Positions 31,581 through 44,980 of a stretch of DNA of 64,000 nt are shown in pieces (the stretch's first letter is position 1; every line of letters starts with the position of its first letter). The stretch lies in assembly GCA_029262315.1 (NCBI GenBank), contig JAJCZP010000260.1:1980-65979 (forward strand). The letters are read 5' to 3'. This stretch comes from Deltaproteobacteria bacterium (lineage in GTDB: Bacteria; Desulfobacterota; Binatia; UTPRO1). The notes beneath the pieces were generated by a model, which was not told the DNA's origin, made no database searches, and saw only the letters and a list, made by a program, of their open reading frames with translations. The position numbers and the translations under genes were made by a program.

Positions 31581-32655
31581 GACTCAACGGATGGACTTCT
31601 TGACCCGACGTCCGGGCGAACTCTTTCAACAGCTCGCGTTGCTTGGCCGTGAGCTTCCGCGGGGTCTCGACGACGACGCGAACGATATGGTCGCCGCGTC
31701 CGTACCCACGCAAATCAGTGATGCCCTTGTTTCGCATGCGGAAGCGGGTCCCCGACTGCGTGCCGGGGGGAATACGAAGCCGTGCCTTACCCTCGAGCGT
31801 CGGCACCTCGAGATCGGTGCCAAGCGCCGCGAGCGGAAAGCTGAGCGGCATGTCGCAGATGACGTCGTTCTCCTCCCGCTGAAAAAGCGGATGCTCGAGA
31901 ACACGCACGACGACGTACAGGTCGCCGGACGGGCCGCCACCGAAGCCGGCTTCTCCCTCGCCGCGAAGCTTCAAGCGCGACCCCATGTCGACGCCCGCGG
32001 GAATCTTCACGTTCAGATTCTGCGTACGCCGGACGGCACCCTGTCCGCTGCAAGCGTCGCAGGGATCGCCAATCGTCGAGCCCTGACCGTTACACTGACT
32101 GCAGGTCTTCGCGATGCTGAAGAAGCCCTGCTGAAAACGTACCTGCCCCGAGCCGCGGCACCCGCTGCACGTCTTGGAGGTCGTGCCAGGCTTCGCGCCC
32201 TTGCCTCCGCAGGCCTCGCAGGCCTCCATCCGAGGCAACGACACTGCCTTCTCGGTGCCAAACGCCGCCTCCTCGAAACTCAGATCGAGGGTGTATTGCA
32301 GGTCGTCGCCGCGACGTGCACGCGAGCGCCCGCGCTCGGCGCGCGCGCCACCGAAGAACTCCCCGAAGATGCCGCTGAAGATGTCCTCGAAGCCGCCCCC
32401 GAAATCGAACCCACCAGCGCCGCCTTCGAACGCGGCGTGCCCGAAGCGATCGTACTGCGCGCGCCGGTCGGCGTCAGAGAGGACCTGATAGGCGGCCGAG
32501 GCCTCCTTGAACTTCTCCTCGGCGGCTTTGTCGCCTGGATTGCGATCGGGGTGATACTTGAGCGCCTGCTTCCGATAGGCCCGCTTGAGTTGATCCTCGG
32601 AGGCGTCACGCGAGACACCGAGGACTTCGTAGAAATCACGCTGACCGGAAGGCAT
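31543..32655 (-). CDS. dnaJ: Chaperone DnaJ
   Basis: J domain (YKLAMKYHPDRN-like: [14 protein letters not shown]), a G/F region, and four CxxCxGxG zinc-finger repeats. Confidence 0.9.
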   Translation of the reverse strand: MPSGQRDFYEVLGVSRDASEDQLKRAYRKQALKYHPDRNPGDKAAEEKFKEASAAYQVLSDADRRAQYDRFGHAAFEGGAGGFDFGGGFEDIFSGIFGEFFGGARAERGRSRARRGDDLQYTLDLSFEEAAFGTEKAVSLPRMEACEACGGKGAKPGTTSKTCSGCRGSGQVRFQQGFFSIAKTCSQCNGQGSTIGDPCDACSGQGAVRRTQNLNVKIPAGVDMGSRLKLRGEGEAGFGGGPSGDLYVVVRVLEHPLFQREENDVICDMPLSFPLAALGTDLEVPTLEGKARLRIPPGTQSGTRFRMRNKGITDLRGYGRGDHIVRVVVETPRKLTAKQRELLKEFARTSGQEVHPLSRGFLDKVKEMFG

Positions 32656-32742
32656 GGGTGTGCGTTATAGCGGAAGGCCGAGGTCGGTACTATTGAAGAG
32701 GGGTCGAGCGACGGGCTTTACGCCCGCCGCTCCCTGACCGCT

Positions 32743-34695
32743 CTACTCCTTGACCTCTTCAAAATCAGCGTCGACGGCATCGTCGCGCGCAGAACCCGCG
32801 GTGCCATTGCTATCCCCGGCGTCGTCCGATGCTCCCGCCTCAGGACCCGCGTCCGCCCCTGGCCCCGCACCGGCAGCCTCCTGTTTGGCGCTCGCTTGCG
32901 CGTACATCGCCTCGGCGAACTTGTGCGCCGCCTGCTCGAGATCGGTACGGGCCTTCTCCATCGCTGGGCCGTCCTCGGCCTCGAGCACCTTCTTGGCGCC
33001 ATCGACCGCCGTCTGCAGCTCGGCCTTCATCGCCGCATCGGTCTCCGGTGGCGCATCGGCGATCGTCTTCTCCGCCCGATACACGGCCTGATCGAGCTGG
33101 ATGCGATTCTCGACCTCGGCACGCTTCTTCTTGTCGTCCTCGGCGTTGGCTTCCGCCTCGTCGACCATCCGCTTGATTTCCTCTTCCGCGAGGCCGCTCG
33201 ACGCCGTGATCTGGATCGACTGCTCCTTCCCGGTGCCGAGATCCTTCGCGCCGACGTGCACGATACCGTTGGCATCGATGTCAAACGTCACTTCGACCTG
33301 CGGCATGCCGCGCGGTGCGGAGGGAATCCCGACGAGATCGAACTGGGCCAGTAGCTTGTTGTTGGCCGCCATCTCACGCTCGCCCTGGAACACCCGGATC
33401 GTCACCGCACTCTGATTGTCCTGCGCGGTGGAGAACGTCTGGCTCTTTTTCGTGGGAATGGTGGTGTTCTTGTCGATCAGCTTGGTGAACACACCGCCGA
33501 GCGTCTCGATGCCGAGCGACAGTGGCGTGACGTCGAGAAGCAGGACGTCCTTCACCTCGCCCTTCAAGACCGCGCCCTGAATCGCAGCGCCCACGGCCAC
33601 GACCTCGTCCGGATTCACGCCCTTGTGCGGTTCGCGACCGAAGAGCTTCTTCACCCGCTCCTGCACCGCCGGCATACGGGTCATGCCGCCGACGAGAATG
33701 ACTTCCTTCACGTCGCTCGCCGACAATCCGGCATCTTTCAACGCCGTCAGGCACGGCGCATCGAGCCGCTCGAGCAGGTCACCCACGAGCGCTTCGAGCT
33801 TCGAGCGGCTGAGCTTCATGTTGAGGTGCTTCGGACCGCTCTGGTCAGCGGTGACGAACGGGAGATTGATGTCGGTCTCCATCGCCGTCGAGAGCTCGCA
33901 CTTGGCCTTCTCCGCCGCCTCTTTGAGACGCTGGAGGGCCATACGATCCCCACGAAGATCGATACCCTGATCCTTTTTGAACTCGTCCGCGAGGTAGTCG
34001 ATGATGCGCTGGTCGAAATCCTCACCCCCGAGGAAGGTGTCGCCGTGCGTCGCCTTCACCTCGAACACGCCATCGCCGATTTCGAGAATCGAGACGTCGA
34101 AGGTACCGCCACCGAGATCGAAGACGACGATCTTCTCGTCCGTCTTCTTGTCGAGACCATAGGCGAGCGAGGCAGCGGTCGGCTCGTTGATGATCCGCAG
34201 AACCTCCAGCCCCGCGATGCGACCAGCATCTTTGGTCGCCTGGCGCTGGCTGTCGTTGAAGTAGGCCGGAACCGTGATCACGGCCTCGGTCACAGGCTCG
34301 CCCAGATGATCCTCAGCCGTCTGCTTCATCTTCTGCAAGACGAACGCCGAGATCTCTGCCGGACTGTACGTGCGATCGCGCCCCTCGACCCATGCATCGC
34401 CGTTCTCGTTCTTGACGATCTTGAACGGTGAGAGACTAGTTGCCTTCTGCACTTCGGCGTCCTCGAAGCGGCGTCCGATCAGACGCTTCACTGCGAAAAC
34501 CGTGTTCTCGGGATTGGTGATCGCCTGCCGGCGCGCGATCTGGCCAACCAGCCTCTCGCCGCTCTCGGAGAATGCCACCACCGATGGCGTCGTACGCGCG
34601 CCTTCCGCGTTCGTAATGACCACCGGATCTCCTGCGTCCATGATGGCCACGCAAGAATTGGTAGTCCCGAGGTCGATACCGATCACTTTCCCCAT
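32743..34695 (-). CDS. dnaK: Chaperone DnaK (Hsp70)
   Basis: [20 protein letters not shown]; full-length Hsp70. Confidence 0.95.
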   Translation of the reverse strand: MGKVIGIDLGTTNSCVAIMDAGDPVVITNAEGARTTPSVVAFSESGERLVGQIARRQAITNPENTVFAVKRLIGRRFEDAEVQKATSLSPFKIVKNENGDAWVEGRDRTYSPAEISAFVLQKMKQTAEDHLGEPVTEAVITVPAYFNDSQRQATKDAGRIAGLEVLRIINEPTAASLAYGLDKKTDEKIVVFDLGGGTFDVSILEIGDGVFEVKATHGDTFLGGEDFDQRIIDYLADEFKKDQGIDLRGDRMALQRLKEAAEKAKCELSTAMETDINLPFVTADQSGPKHLNMKLSRSKLEALVGDLLERLDAPCLTALKDAGLSASDVKEVILVGGMTRMPAVQERVKKLFGREPHKGVNPDEVVAVGAAIQGAVLKGEVKDVLLLDVTPLSLGIETLGGVFTKLIDKNTTIPTKKSQTFSTAQDNQSAVTIRVFQGEREMAANNKLLAQFDLVGIPSAPRGMPQVEVTFDIDANGIVHVGAKDLGTGKEQSIQITASSGLAEEEIKRMVDEAEANAEDDKKKRAEVENRIQLDQAVYRAEKTIADAPPETDAAMKAELQTAVDGAKKVLEAEDGPAMEKARTDLEQAAHKFAEAMYAQASAKQEAAGAGPGADAGPEAGASDDAGDSNGTAGSARDDAVDADFEEVKE

Positions 34696-34734
34696 AATGA
34701 GTGCTCCTTCGTTCTCGTCATCTGTACAGAACGG

Positions 34735-35376
34735 TTAACCATCGTCCTGCGGCTTTTCAACGTCGTCCTGTGCCGAATTCTTCGATGCAACATCCTGGCC
34801 CGCGCTTTGGCTCGGCCCCTTGCCGACGGTCACGAGCGCCGGACGCAACAACCGGCCGTGCAGCGCGTAGCCACGCTGGTGCTCGTCGATCACGGTGTTG
34901 GCGGGCTGCTCGCTCTCGACATGGCCAATGGCCTCGTGCAGCGCCGGATCGAACGCGCCGCCATGCGCGCCAACGACCGTCACGCCATGACGCTCGAGCG
35001 TCTCAACGAATCCCCGACGCACCAACTCGAGGCCCTCGACGACGGCATTGCTGTCCTGGCTGCCGCCCGCGGCCAGCTGCTCCGTCGCTCGATCTAGGTT
35101 GTCGATCACCGTCAGGAGTTCCCGGAGCAGCTTCTCGGAGCCGTAGCGCATCGCGTCCGCCTTCTCACGAGCTGCGCGCTTCTTGTAGTTCTCCAGCTCC
35201 GCGCGCTCGCGGAGCAGCTTGTCTTTGGCTTCGCCCAGCTCGGCCCGCAGCGCCGCCATCTCGTCGATCGGCTCGTCGGGCGGCGAAGGGGTCTCAGCGC
35301 CCCCGTCCGGTGCCGCTTCGGCCGCAGCCGGGCCATTGCCCGTAGACTGCTCCTTCTCGTCGTTGTGGTCGGCCAT
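34735..35376 (-). CDS. grpE: Nucleotide exchange factor GrpE
   Basis: GrpE coiled-coil and C-terminal domain (LRERAELENYKKR ... ). An internal ATG at 35376 was chosen. Confidence 0.85.
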   Translation of the reverse strand: MADHNDEKEQSTGNGPAAAEAAPDGGAETPSPPDEPIDEMAALRAELGEAKDKLLRERAELENYKKRAAREKADAMRYGSEKLLRELLTVIDNLDRATEQLAAGGSQDSNAVVEGLELVRRGFVETLERHGVTVVGAHGGAFDPALHEAIGHVESEQPANTVIDEHQRGYALHGRLLRPALVTVGKGPSQSAGQDVASKNSAQDDVEKPQDDG

Positions 35377-35518
35377 GCTGACCAGGCTACCCCCGCTTTG
35401 TGGCTGGAATCCTTGGAACTCGTCGGACTCAGCGAAGCTAAGGACGATCAGGCCACTGTCAAGGTCGGAGGCGCGGTGGATTTGTCGCTGCTGCTCGCGG
35501 CGGCTAGTAGTCGACGCG

Positions 35519-36292
35519 GTGAGCAGGACCACGATTCCCGCTGAGGAAATCCATACGCCCGCGATCGTTGTGCGCGGGCGAGCGTTCGGAGAATCGGACA
35601 AAATCGTCACATTTCTGACCCGCGACCTCGGCAAGATCACGGGCATCGCCAAGGGGGCCAAGCGATCCAAACGGCGGTTTGTGAACGTGCTTGAACCGTT
35701 CACCGCGGTCGACGTGACGCTCCGGATCCGGCCACACTCCGACCTGGCTTTCATCAATGCCTGTGTCCTTGCCGAGGTCTACTATTCGTTCACCAAGGAT
35801 CTCGAGAAGTTCGGCTACGCAAGCTACGTGCTCGAGCTCACCGATCGTCTGATTCGAGGCCAGGAGGCGGGGGCTGAGACCTACGATCTGGTTCGTGACG
35901 TGTTTCGCTTCCTCGATCGATGCCGCCCGGAGCCTGGGATCCTGCGCGCGTTCGAGCTGCACCTCCTCCGCCAGACGGGATATGAGCCGGTCCTGCACGA
36001 GTGTCAGGCCTGTGGGGCCGCCTATCGCGAGGCGGGCCGGCTGTTCGTCCAGCCGCTCCACGGCGGCGTACGGTGCGGCTCCTGCGTCGGAGAGAGCCGG
36101 GCGCACGAGGCCTCGGCGGACACTATCGCCCGCCTGATCGACTTTCAGGAGAGCGTTTTCGATGAGGCCGATTCCAGCCAGTTCGCCCTCTCCCCTCGAA
36201 ACGCGGACGAGGCACGCACGCTGGTACGGAGCTTCTTTGCCAGCAGCCTGACCAAACCTCTCGCCTCCGAGCGTCTCCTGGACGACCTGTAG
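35519..36292 (+). CDS. recO: DNA repair protein RecO
   Basis: PAIVVRGRAFGESDKIV N-terminal OB fold and a C-terminal CxxC ... CxxC zinc motif. GTG start. Confidence 0.8.
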   Translation: MSRTTIPAEEIHTPAIVVRGRAFGESDKIVTFLTRDLGKITGIAKGAKRSKRRFVNVLEPFTAVDVTLRIRPHSDLAFINACVLAEVYYSFTKDLEKFGYASYVLELTDRLIRGQEAGAETYDLVRDVFRFLDRCRPEPGILRAFELHLLRQTGYEPVLHECQACGAAYREAGRLFVQPLHGGVRCGSCVGESRAHEASADTIARLIDFQESVFDEADSSQFALSPRNADEARTLVRSFFASSLTKPLASERLLDDL

Positions 36293-36401
36293 GGCCGTCC
36301 GGTCCCTCCGCTTGATCCATTGCAAATTGACCGCCTAGGAGTGGGGTGATAGACGCGGCGGTTCGTACTCGCCAATGAATTCCCCCGCCCGCGCGGTCAC
36401 A

Positions 36402-37705
36402 ATGGACAAACTCACGAGCCTCTGTAAGCGGCGCGGGTTCGTCTATCCATCGAGTGAGATCTACGGCGGAATTGCCAGCTGCTGGGACTACGGGCCGCTC
36501 GGCATCGAGCTGAAACGGAACATCACCGAGGCCTGGTGGCGCGACAACATCACCGCGCGCGACGACATGGTCGGCCTCGACAGCTCGATCCTCATGCATC
36601 CGAAGGTGTGGGAGGCCTCAGGCCACATCGAGGGCTTCACCGATCCTCTGGTCGACTGCAAGAAGTGTAAGCAGCGGTTCCGCGCCGATCAGCTCGAGGG
36701 CGACGTCTGCCCGGCATGCGGCGGCGAGCTGACCGAATCACGACAGTTCAACCTGATGTTCCGGACGTTCATGGGGCCGGTCGAGGATTCGGCGAGCACC
36801 GTGTATCTCCGCCCCGAGACGGCGCAGGGCATCTTCGTCAACTTCCAGAACGCGCTCAACTCGTCCCGGATGAAGATCCCCTTCGGTGTGGGTCAGATCG
36901 GCAAGTCGTTCCGAAACGAGATCACTCCCGGCAACTTCCTCTTTCGCACTCGCGAGTTCGAGCAGATGGAGCTCGAGTTCTTCGTGAAGCCCGGCGAGGA
37001 CGAGAAGTGGCATCAGTACTGGAAACAGGAGCGCTTCGACTGGTACCTGCGCTACGGCATCAACCGAGAGCGGCTCCGTCTACGCGAGCACGGCAGCGAC
37101 GAGCTGGCGCACTATGCGAAGGGCTGCGCCGACATTGAGTACGAATTCCCGTTCGGATGGTCCGAGCTCGAGGGCATCGCCAATCGTGCAGACTTCGACC
37201 TCGGGCAACATAAGAAGGTCAGCGGCAAGGATCTCTCCTACTTCGACGAGGAGAACCGCGAGCGCTTCATCCCGTACGTCATCGAGCCATCCGCCGGCGT
37301 CGGGCGGCCGTTGCTCGCGTTCCTCGTCGACGCCTATGACGAAGATGTCGTCGACGGCGACGAGCGTGTCGTGCTTCGGCTCGACCGGAGGCTCGCGCCA
37401 GTCAAGGTCGCCATTTTCCCGCTCTTGCGGAAAGCCGGACAGCCGGAGAAGGCACACGCCGTCCGTGATCTATTGAAGCACCACTTCGCAGTGACGTACG
37501 ACCAGGCGGGTGCGATCGGCCGACGCTACCGACGGCAAGACGAGATCGGCACCCCGTACTGCATCACGGTCGACCATCAGACGATGGACGACGACACGAT
37601 AACGCTTCGCGATCGCGACTCGATGGAGCAGCTCCGTCTGCCGATCGATCGCCTGGTCGAGGAGATTCGAACGCGCCTGGCCGCCCCGACGGCGGCCGCG
37701 GGCGG

Positions 37706-37709
<4 letters not shown>
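36402..37709 (+). CDS. glyQS: Glycine--tRNA ligase (dimeric class II GlyQS)
   Basis: Class II motifs and an anticodon-binding domain. An alternative start lies at 36375. Confidence 0.9.
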
Positions 37710-40741
<3,032 letters not shown>

Positions 40742-40812
40742 CGCGGAAGACAGCGGGGCCAGGGGCTTGATCCACTACTCAGATCCGTCGCGACCAGTGG
40801 GAAGCACCGTGG

Positions 40813-40835
40813 CCCCGAGGAGCCGATCCCTCGGG
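40813..40835 (+). terminator. Candidate hairpin (ccccgagg-agccgat-cctcgggg) downstream of ppdK
   Basis: 8-bp GC stem read directly. No U-tract. Confidence 0.3.
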
Positions 40836-40888
40836 GTAGCGCCGCCCGAGGGATCAGGCGCGCCGTCGTCCGATGCGCGGCAGGCGTA

Positions 40889-41746
40889 GTGGGCCAGCCT
40901 CCCAACACGCTCTCGGGCCGAACACGTGTCTACGGAATCCTCGGCGACCCCGTCGAGCACAGCTGCTCACCCGCGATGCAGAACGCGGCGTTGCGGACCG
41001 TCGGGCTCGATGCGGTGTACGTCCCGTTTCATGTCGTGCCTGAAGAACTGCCCGCGGCGGTGGAGGGCTTGCGTGCGGCCGGCATCGCCGGCCTGAACGT
41101 CACCGTGCCGCACAAAGAAGCGATCCTGGGACTGGTCGACGAGCTCCGACCCAGGGCGCGAGCCTGCGGCGCCGTGAATACGATCGTGCGGACGCGACGC
41201 GGTCTGGCCGGCGACAACACCGACGGCGCCGGCTTCGTCGCCGCACTCGCCGACGCGCGCCGCGATGCACGTGGCGCGCGGGTGCTGTTGATCGGCGCTG
41301 GCGGCGCGGCGCGCGGCGTCGCACACGCGCTCGTCCGCGCCGGCTGCACCCATCTCCACGTCGCCAACCGGACACGTCCACGAGCCGTCACGCTCGTCCG
41401 CGAGCTGAAGAGCCGACGCGCAGAGGCAAGCGGTCTCGACGTCCTCCGCGACCGGACCGCGCTCGGCACGTTCGACATCATCGTCAACTGCACCAGCACG
41501 GGCCTCAAGAACACCGCCCCGCCCCTGCTTTTCCCCGCGACTCGCCGCGATGCGCTGTGCTGTGACCTGCTCTACGGAAAGAAGTCAGCTCCGTTCCTGA
41601 AGCGCGCCCGCACGGCGGGACGCCGCACCATGGACGGGAGCGGTATGTTACTGCACCAGGGCGCCCTCGCGTTCGAATTGTGGACACGACGGCCGGCGCC
41701 GGTGACCGTCATGCGGCGGGCGTTGCAGCGCGCGCTCCGCGCGTAG
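40889..41746 (+). CDS. aroE: Shikimate dehydrogenase AroE
   Basis: GILGDPVEHSCSPAMQNAA ... LNVTVPHK ... GAGGAARG. Confidence 0.85.
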   Translation: MGQPPNTLSGRTRVYGILGDPVEHSCSPAMQNAALRTVGLDAVYVPFHVVPEELPAAVEGLRAAGIAGLNVTVPHKEAILGLVDELRPRARACGAVNTIVRTRRGLAGDNTDGAGFVAALADARRDARGARVLLIGAGGAARGVAHALVRAGCTHLHVANRTRPRAVTLVRELKSRRAEASGLDVLRDRTALGTFDIIVNCTSTGLKNTAPPLLFPATRRDALCCDLLYGKKSAPFLKRARTAGRRTMDGSGMLLHQGALAFELWTRRPAPVTVMRRALQRALRA

Positions 41747-41768
41747 ACCCGCGGCCCCGGATCGCGCG

Positions 41769-42147
41769 TCAGACTCTAGAAGCGCTTCGCTCAAGCACGG
41801 CCACGAACTCCGGATCGGAGATGGTTCGGCGTTCCTCCCACCATACCCGACCGCCGGCGCTGGCGAGCACGGCCAGCACGGTCGTCAGCTGCACATGAAA
41901 GAGCTCCTCGTCGTAGACACCTTGCGACGTACGAATGAACGCCGCCTGATAGGCGAACACAAACTCCTCGACGATCGCGAGCAAACGATTCGATGGTCTT
42001 GTCGAGAGACGCACGCTTCGACGCCCGCGCGGATTCCCGAAGTTGAATCGAGTTCTGACGCACCTGCACGGCGAGGTAGGCCAGAGTTGCAACCGTCGCC
42101 AATGCGCCGATCAGCTCGCCAATACTGCCGAGATCTTGGAGCGTCAC
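41769..42147 (-). pseudogene. Hypothetical small membrane protein apparently split by a frameshift
   Basis: Two overlapping minus ORFs (41791..42147 and 41769..42092). Each looks protein-like only over complementary halves. Confidence 0.3.
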
Positions 42148-42264
42148 CTCCGGCCGCGCATCTGTCTTTGGATCTCAGGCGTTCCGAACAAGTGGCTTCC
42201 GACCCGAGAGGCAAGCGCGGCGCCTCGCACCTCTCGCACCGGAACCCACTCGCGCAAAGGTTCC

Positions 42265-42688
42265 TTAGGCGCCGCCCTGCTTCCGCCAGGTACGGAGGTC
42301 GAAGTAGTCGCGACACACGCTGATCAGACCGTCGCGAGTTTCGAACACACCGCACACGGGCATCACGATCTTCTTACCGCCTGGGAAGAAATGCGTGTCC
42401 ACACGCTCGACCATGAATGTCGTACCGTGACTCACCATGGTCTCGATCTCGGTCTCGACGCGCCCCCAGCTCGGCCCCAGCTGTCGGAACAGAGCCGCAA
42501 TCGCGGCCTTCCCGGAGGAAAAGGCGATCGTGCTCACGGAAACCGGCGACCATGTCCTGGGGACTCGCCTTAGCCAGCGCGGCCGTGCCCTGCGTACCCG
42601 AACGGCGAGGTAGGCCGATGCACGACAACCGCGAGGTCTCCGATGAAATCGTCGAGACGGCCGAGCGCTTCGAGCCTCCCATCCTCAC
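42265..42688 (-). pseudogene. SnoaL/limonene-1,2-epoxide-hydrolase-like protein, apparently frameshifted
   Basis: The C-terminal half (42265..42537) matches the LEH/SnoaL C-terminus (FMVERVDTHFFPGGKKIVMPVCGVFETRDGLISVCRDYFDL). The N-terminal part is found only in other frames. Confidence 0.4.
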
Positions 42689-42690
42689 GA

Positions 42691-43221
42691 CTATTCGACG
42701 TCCGCTACGGTGGCGGTCCGCGCCGTAGACGCATCGTCGCGGAAGGACGTGGCCAGGAGACGTACGAAGAGGACCGCCGCCGCGAAGAGCATGGCGAGGG
42801 CGGCGGCGAGATAGAAGCCGAGCCCATGCGGAGCAGCATGGCCGAGCGCCGCGATCGTCAAGAGCACGATCGCGATCAAGTGCGTCGCTGTCACCACAAC
42901 TGCAACGATCTTACTGAACTCGGCCGGAACGCCGCGGCGATTCACCCAGACCTGAACGAGAAAGAAGACCATCGGGGCTGGGAGGAACACCACGCTCGCA
43001 ACACGCCAAGGGTCAGGAACCCCTAGGTGGTGCACCACGTAGGGAACGAAACATCCGAACACGACCGCCAGGCTGATCGTCGCACTCACGATCAGTCGGC
43101 CCTGATCCGCGGCAGTCCAGACACCTCGTGCGCGATAGCCGAGACCGGTCACGAGCCCGCCGAACCCCGCGAGCGCGATCGCGACTTCAGCGATGCTCAG
43201 CAAAACGCCGTCGGATTCCAT
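42691..43221 (-). CDS. Hypothetical integral membrane protein (5 TM)
   Basis: 176-aa ORF with hydrophobic helices. No motifs recognised. Confidence 0.5.
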   Translation of the reverse strand: MESDGVLLSIAEVAIALAGFGGLVTGLGYRARGVWTAADQGRLIVSATISLAVVFGCFVPYVVHHLGVPDPWRVASVVFLPAPMVFFLVQVWVNRRGVPAEFSKIVAVVVTATHLIAIVLLTIAALGHAAPHGLGFYLAAALAMLFAAAVLFVRLLATSFRDDASTARTATVADVE

Positions 43222-43494
43222 GATCCCGCCGCTCTCTCAGAGTTGGTCTGGCGCGAATAGCGTACCGAGCCCTGCATCGTTGGTTCGCATGAGGTGAGGC
43301 GTTCGGTACCACGGGGCGACGGAAGATCGCCAACGCGCGCTCTGTCCAGGAGCAATCGATGCAGTCGCCAATGAAAACCGAGCTGTCCGCGTGGGTCGCA
43401 GGGAGAAATCTCACAGAGGCGCGGACGTCGCTGGCGACATCCTGCAAACCCTGGGCCTGAACTCTTGTAGGTACCGTCCCGGACCGTTCATTCC

Positions 43495-43523
43495 TTGACA
43501 TACCCCCACGCCATAGCTATGGT
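43495..43523 (+). promoter_or_regulatory. Sigma-70-like promoter (TTGACA-17 nt-TATGGT) overlapping a 12-bp perfect palindrome (ccatagctatgg), immediately upstream of the transposase ATG
   Basis: Hexamers and spacing read directly. The ATG lies ~13 nt after the -10, with no SD. Confidence 0.35.
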
Positions 43524-43535
43524 CGCCCTTTCAAG

Positions 43536-44234
43536 ATGAAGAAGCAAAAGCAAGCGACCCTGAATCTGCCAGATCAACCGCGCTGGGGCGGGCGACGTGC
43601 CGGGGCCGGCCGGAAGCCCGGCCCGCACCCCCGCCTCGCGCATCGCAGTCGACCGAAGTTCTCCTCGCTCCCCGCGCACGTCACGTTGAAAGTTCGGCCG
43701 GGGATCCCTTCATTGCGCACGCTTCGGATGGTCCGGGAGGTCGAGCAGTCGTTCGCGCGCGGATGTTCGCGACCAGGCTTTCGGTTGGTGCACTACTCGC
43801 TGCAGAGCAACCACGTACATCTGATCGTCGAGGCGTCGACCCGTGACGCTCTCGGCCGTGGGATGATGGCCATCGCCGGACGTCTGGGGCGCACCGTCAA
43901 TCGAGTGTGCGAGCGATCTGGCAGGGTGTTAGCGGATCGCTACCACCTCCGCGTCCTGAAAACGCCCCGCGAGGTCCATGCGGCGCTGCGCTACGTACTC
44001 CTGAACGCTCGTCGCCATGCGACACGCCTCACCCGTCGCGCCAAGAGCCCACGACTCGATCCGGCCTCATCGGCTCGGTGGTTTGATGGTTGGCGTGCGA
44101 GAACCCGTCGGTGGATGGTGGTGGACGCCCCCGGCGCGGATGAAACTCCACCGATCGCGCGCGCTCGAACATGGCTCCTGAAAACGGGTTGGCGCCGCTA
44201 CGGCCTCTTCGATCCGGCGGACGTGCCGGGCTGA
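43536..44234 (+). mobile_element. REP-associated tyrosine transposase (RAYT) / IS200-like Y1 HUH transposase CDS
   Basis: HUH motif HVHLIV and catalytic-Tyr region RYVLLN. The N-terminal GRKPGPHPRLAHRSRPKF region is typical of RAYTs. Confidence 0.75.
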
Positions 44235-44257
44235 CGCCAACACGAGGAGCTACCCCA

Positions 44258-44720
44258 ACGCGGCGGCGGCGGCGCGGAATGGGACGGCTCGGGCGGGAGC
44301 GCAAGGCCTCCTTCCTCCTTGACCACACGATGCTGAGATCAAGAGCGGGTGGCGAAGGGGCGAGGACGCCACCGGGTAGCACGGCCGACGCGGCGGCGGG
44401 AAACGGGACGGCTCGGGCGGGAGCGCAGGCCTCCTTCCCTCTTAACCACACGCTTCTGAAATCAAGAGCGGGCGGTTGAGGGGAGTGGCAGCCACCGGGT
44501 AGCACGACCGGCGCGGCGGTGGGGGAACGGGACGGCTCGGGTTGCAGCGCGGGCATCCTCCCCTTAACGACACGCTTCTGAGATCAAGAGCGGGTGGCGA
44601 AGGGGCGCGGAAGCCACCGGGTAGCACGGGCAGCGGGTGCGCGGAATGGACAGGCCGGGCGGGAGCGCAGGCCTCCTTCCTCCTTAACCACCAGCTTCTG
44701 AAACCAAGAGCGCGGAGCGG
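44258..44720. repeat. Tandem array of ~3.7 copies of a ~122-bp repeat (REP/BIME-like), immediately downstream of the RAYT gene
   Basis: Units start at ~44258, 44389, 44511 and 44633. They share the cores gggacggctcgggcgggagcgcaggcctccttcctccttaaccac ... cttctgagatcaagagcgggtggcgaagggg ... gccaccgggtagcacg. Confidence 0.8.
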
Positions 44721-44980
44721 ATGCGATCGGGCACTCGGCGAGCTCCGGGGTGCTTCGCCATGGCTTCGCCTCGGGACGAACGCGGGTTCGTACCTGGGCT
44801 CGCCTCATTCATCCAATTCGCCAAGCGTGCCGATATGCTTCCTGGGAGGTTTCTCGGTGTGCGGGCCTGTGAAGTGCGTGGACAGATCGTGTGCGAGATG
44901 CGGTGCTCGTATCCGTTGTGGGACGGGGTGCGTGATCCGTACGATCGTGGCTGGATGGAGCACGCGCGGTAGCGACAACC

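Noticed and set aside
35377-35500. CIRCE/HrcA operator upstream of grpE
   Set aside because: No matching inverted repeat was seen by eye.
44258-44720. Possible CRISPR array
   Set aside because: The repeat unit is ~122 bp with no interspersed unique spacers and no cas genes nearby. It was called a tandem or REP-like repeat instead. ORFs drawn across it (for example 44029..44556) are repeat artefacts.
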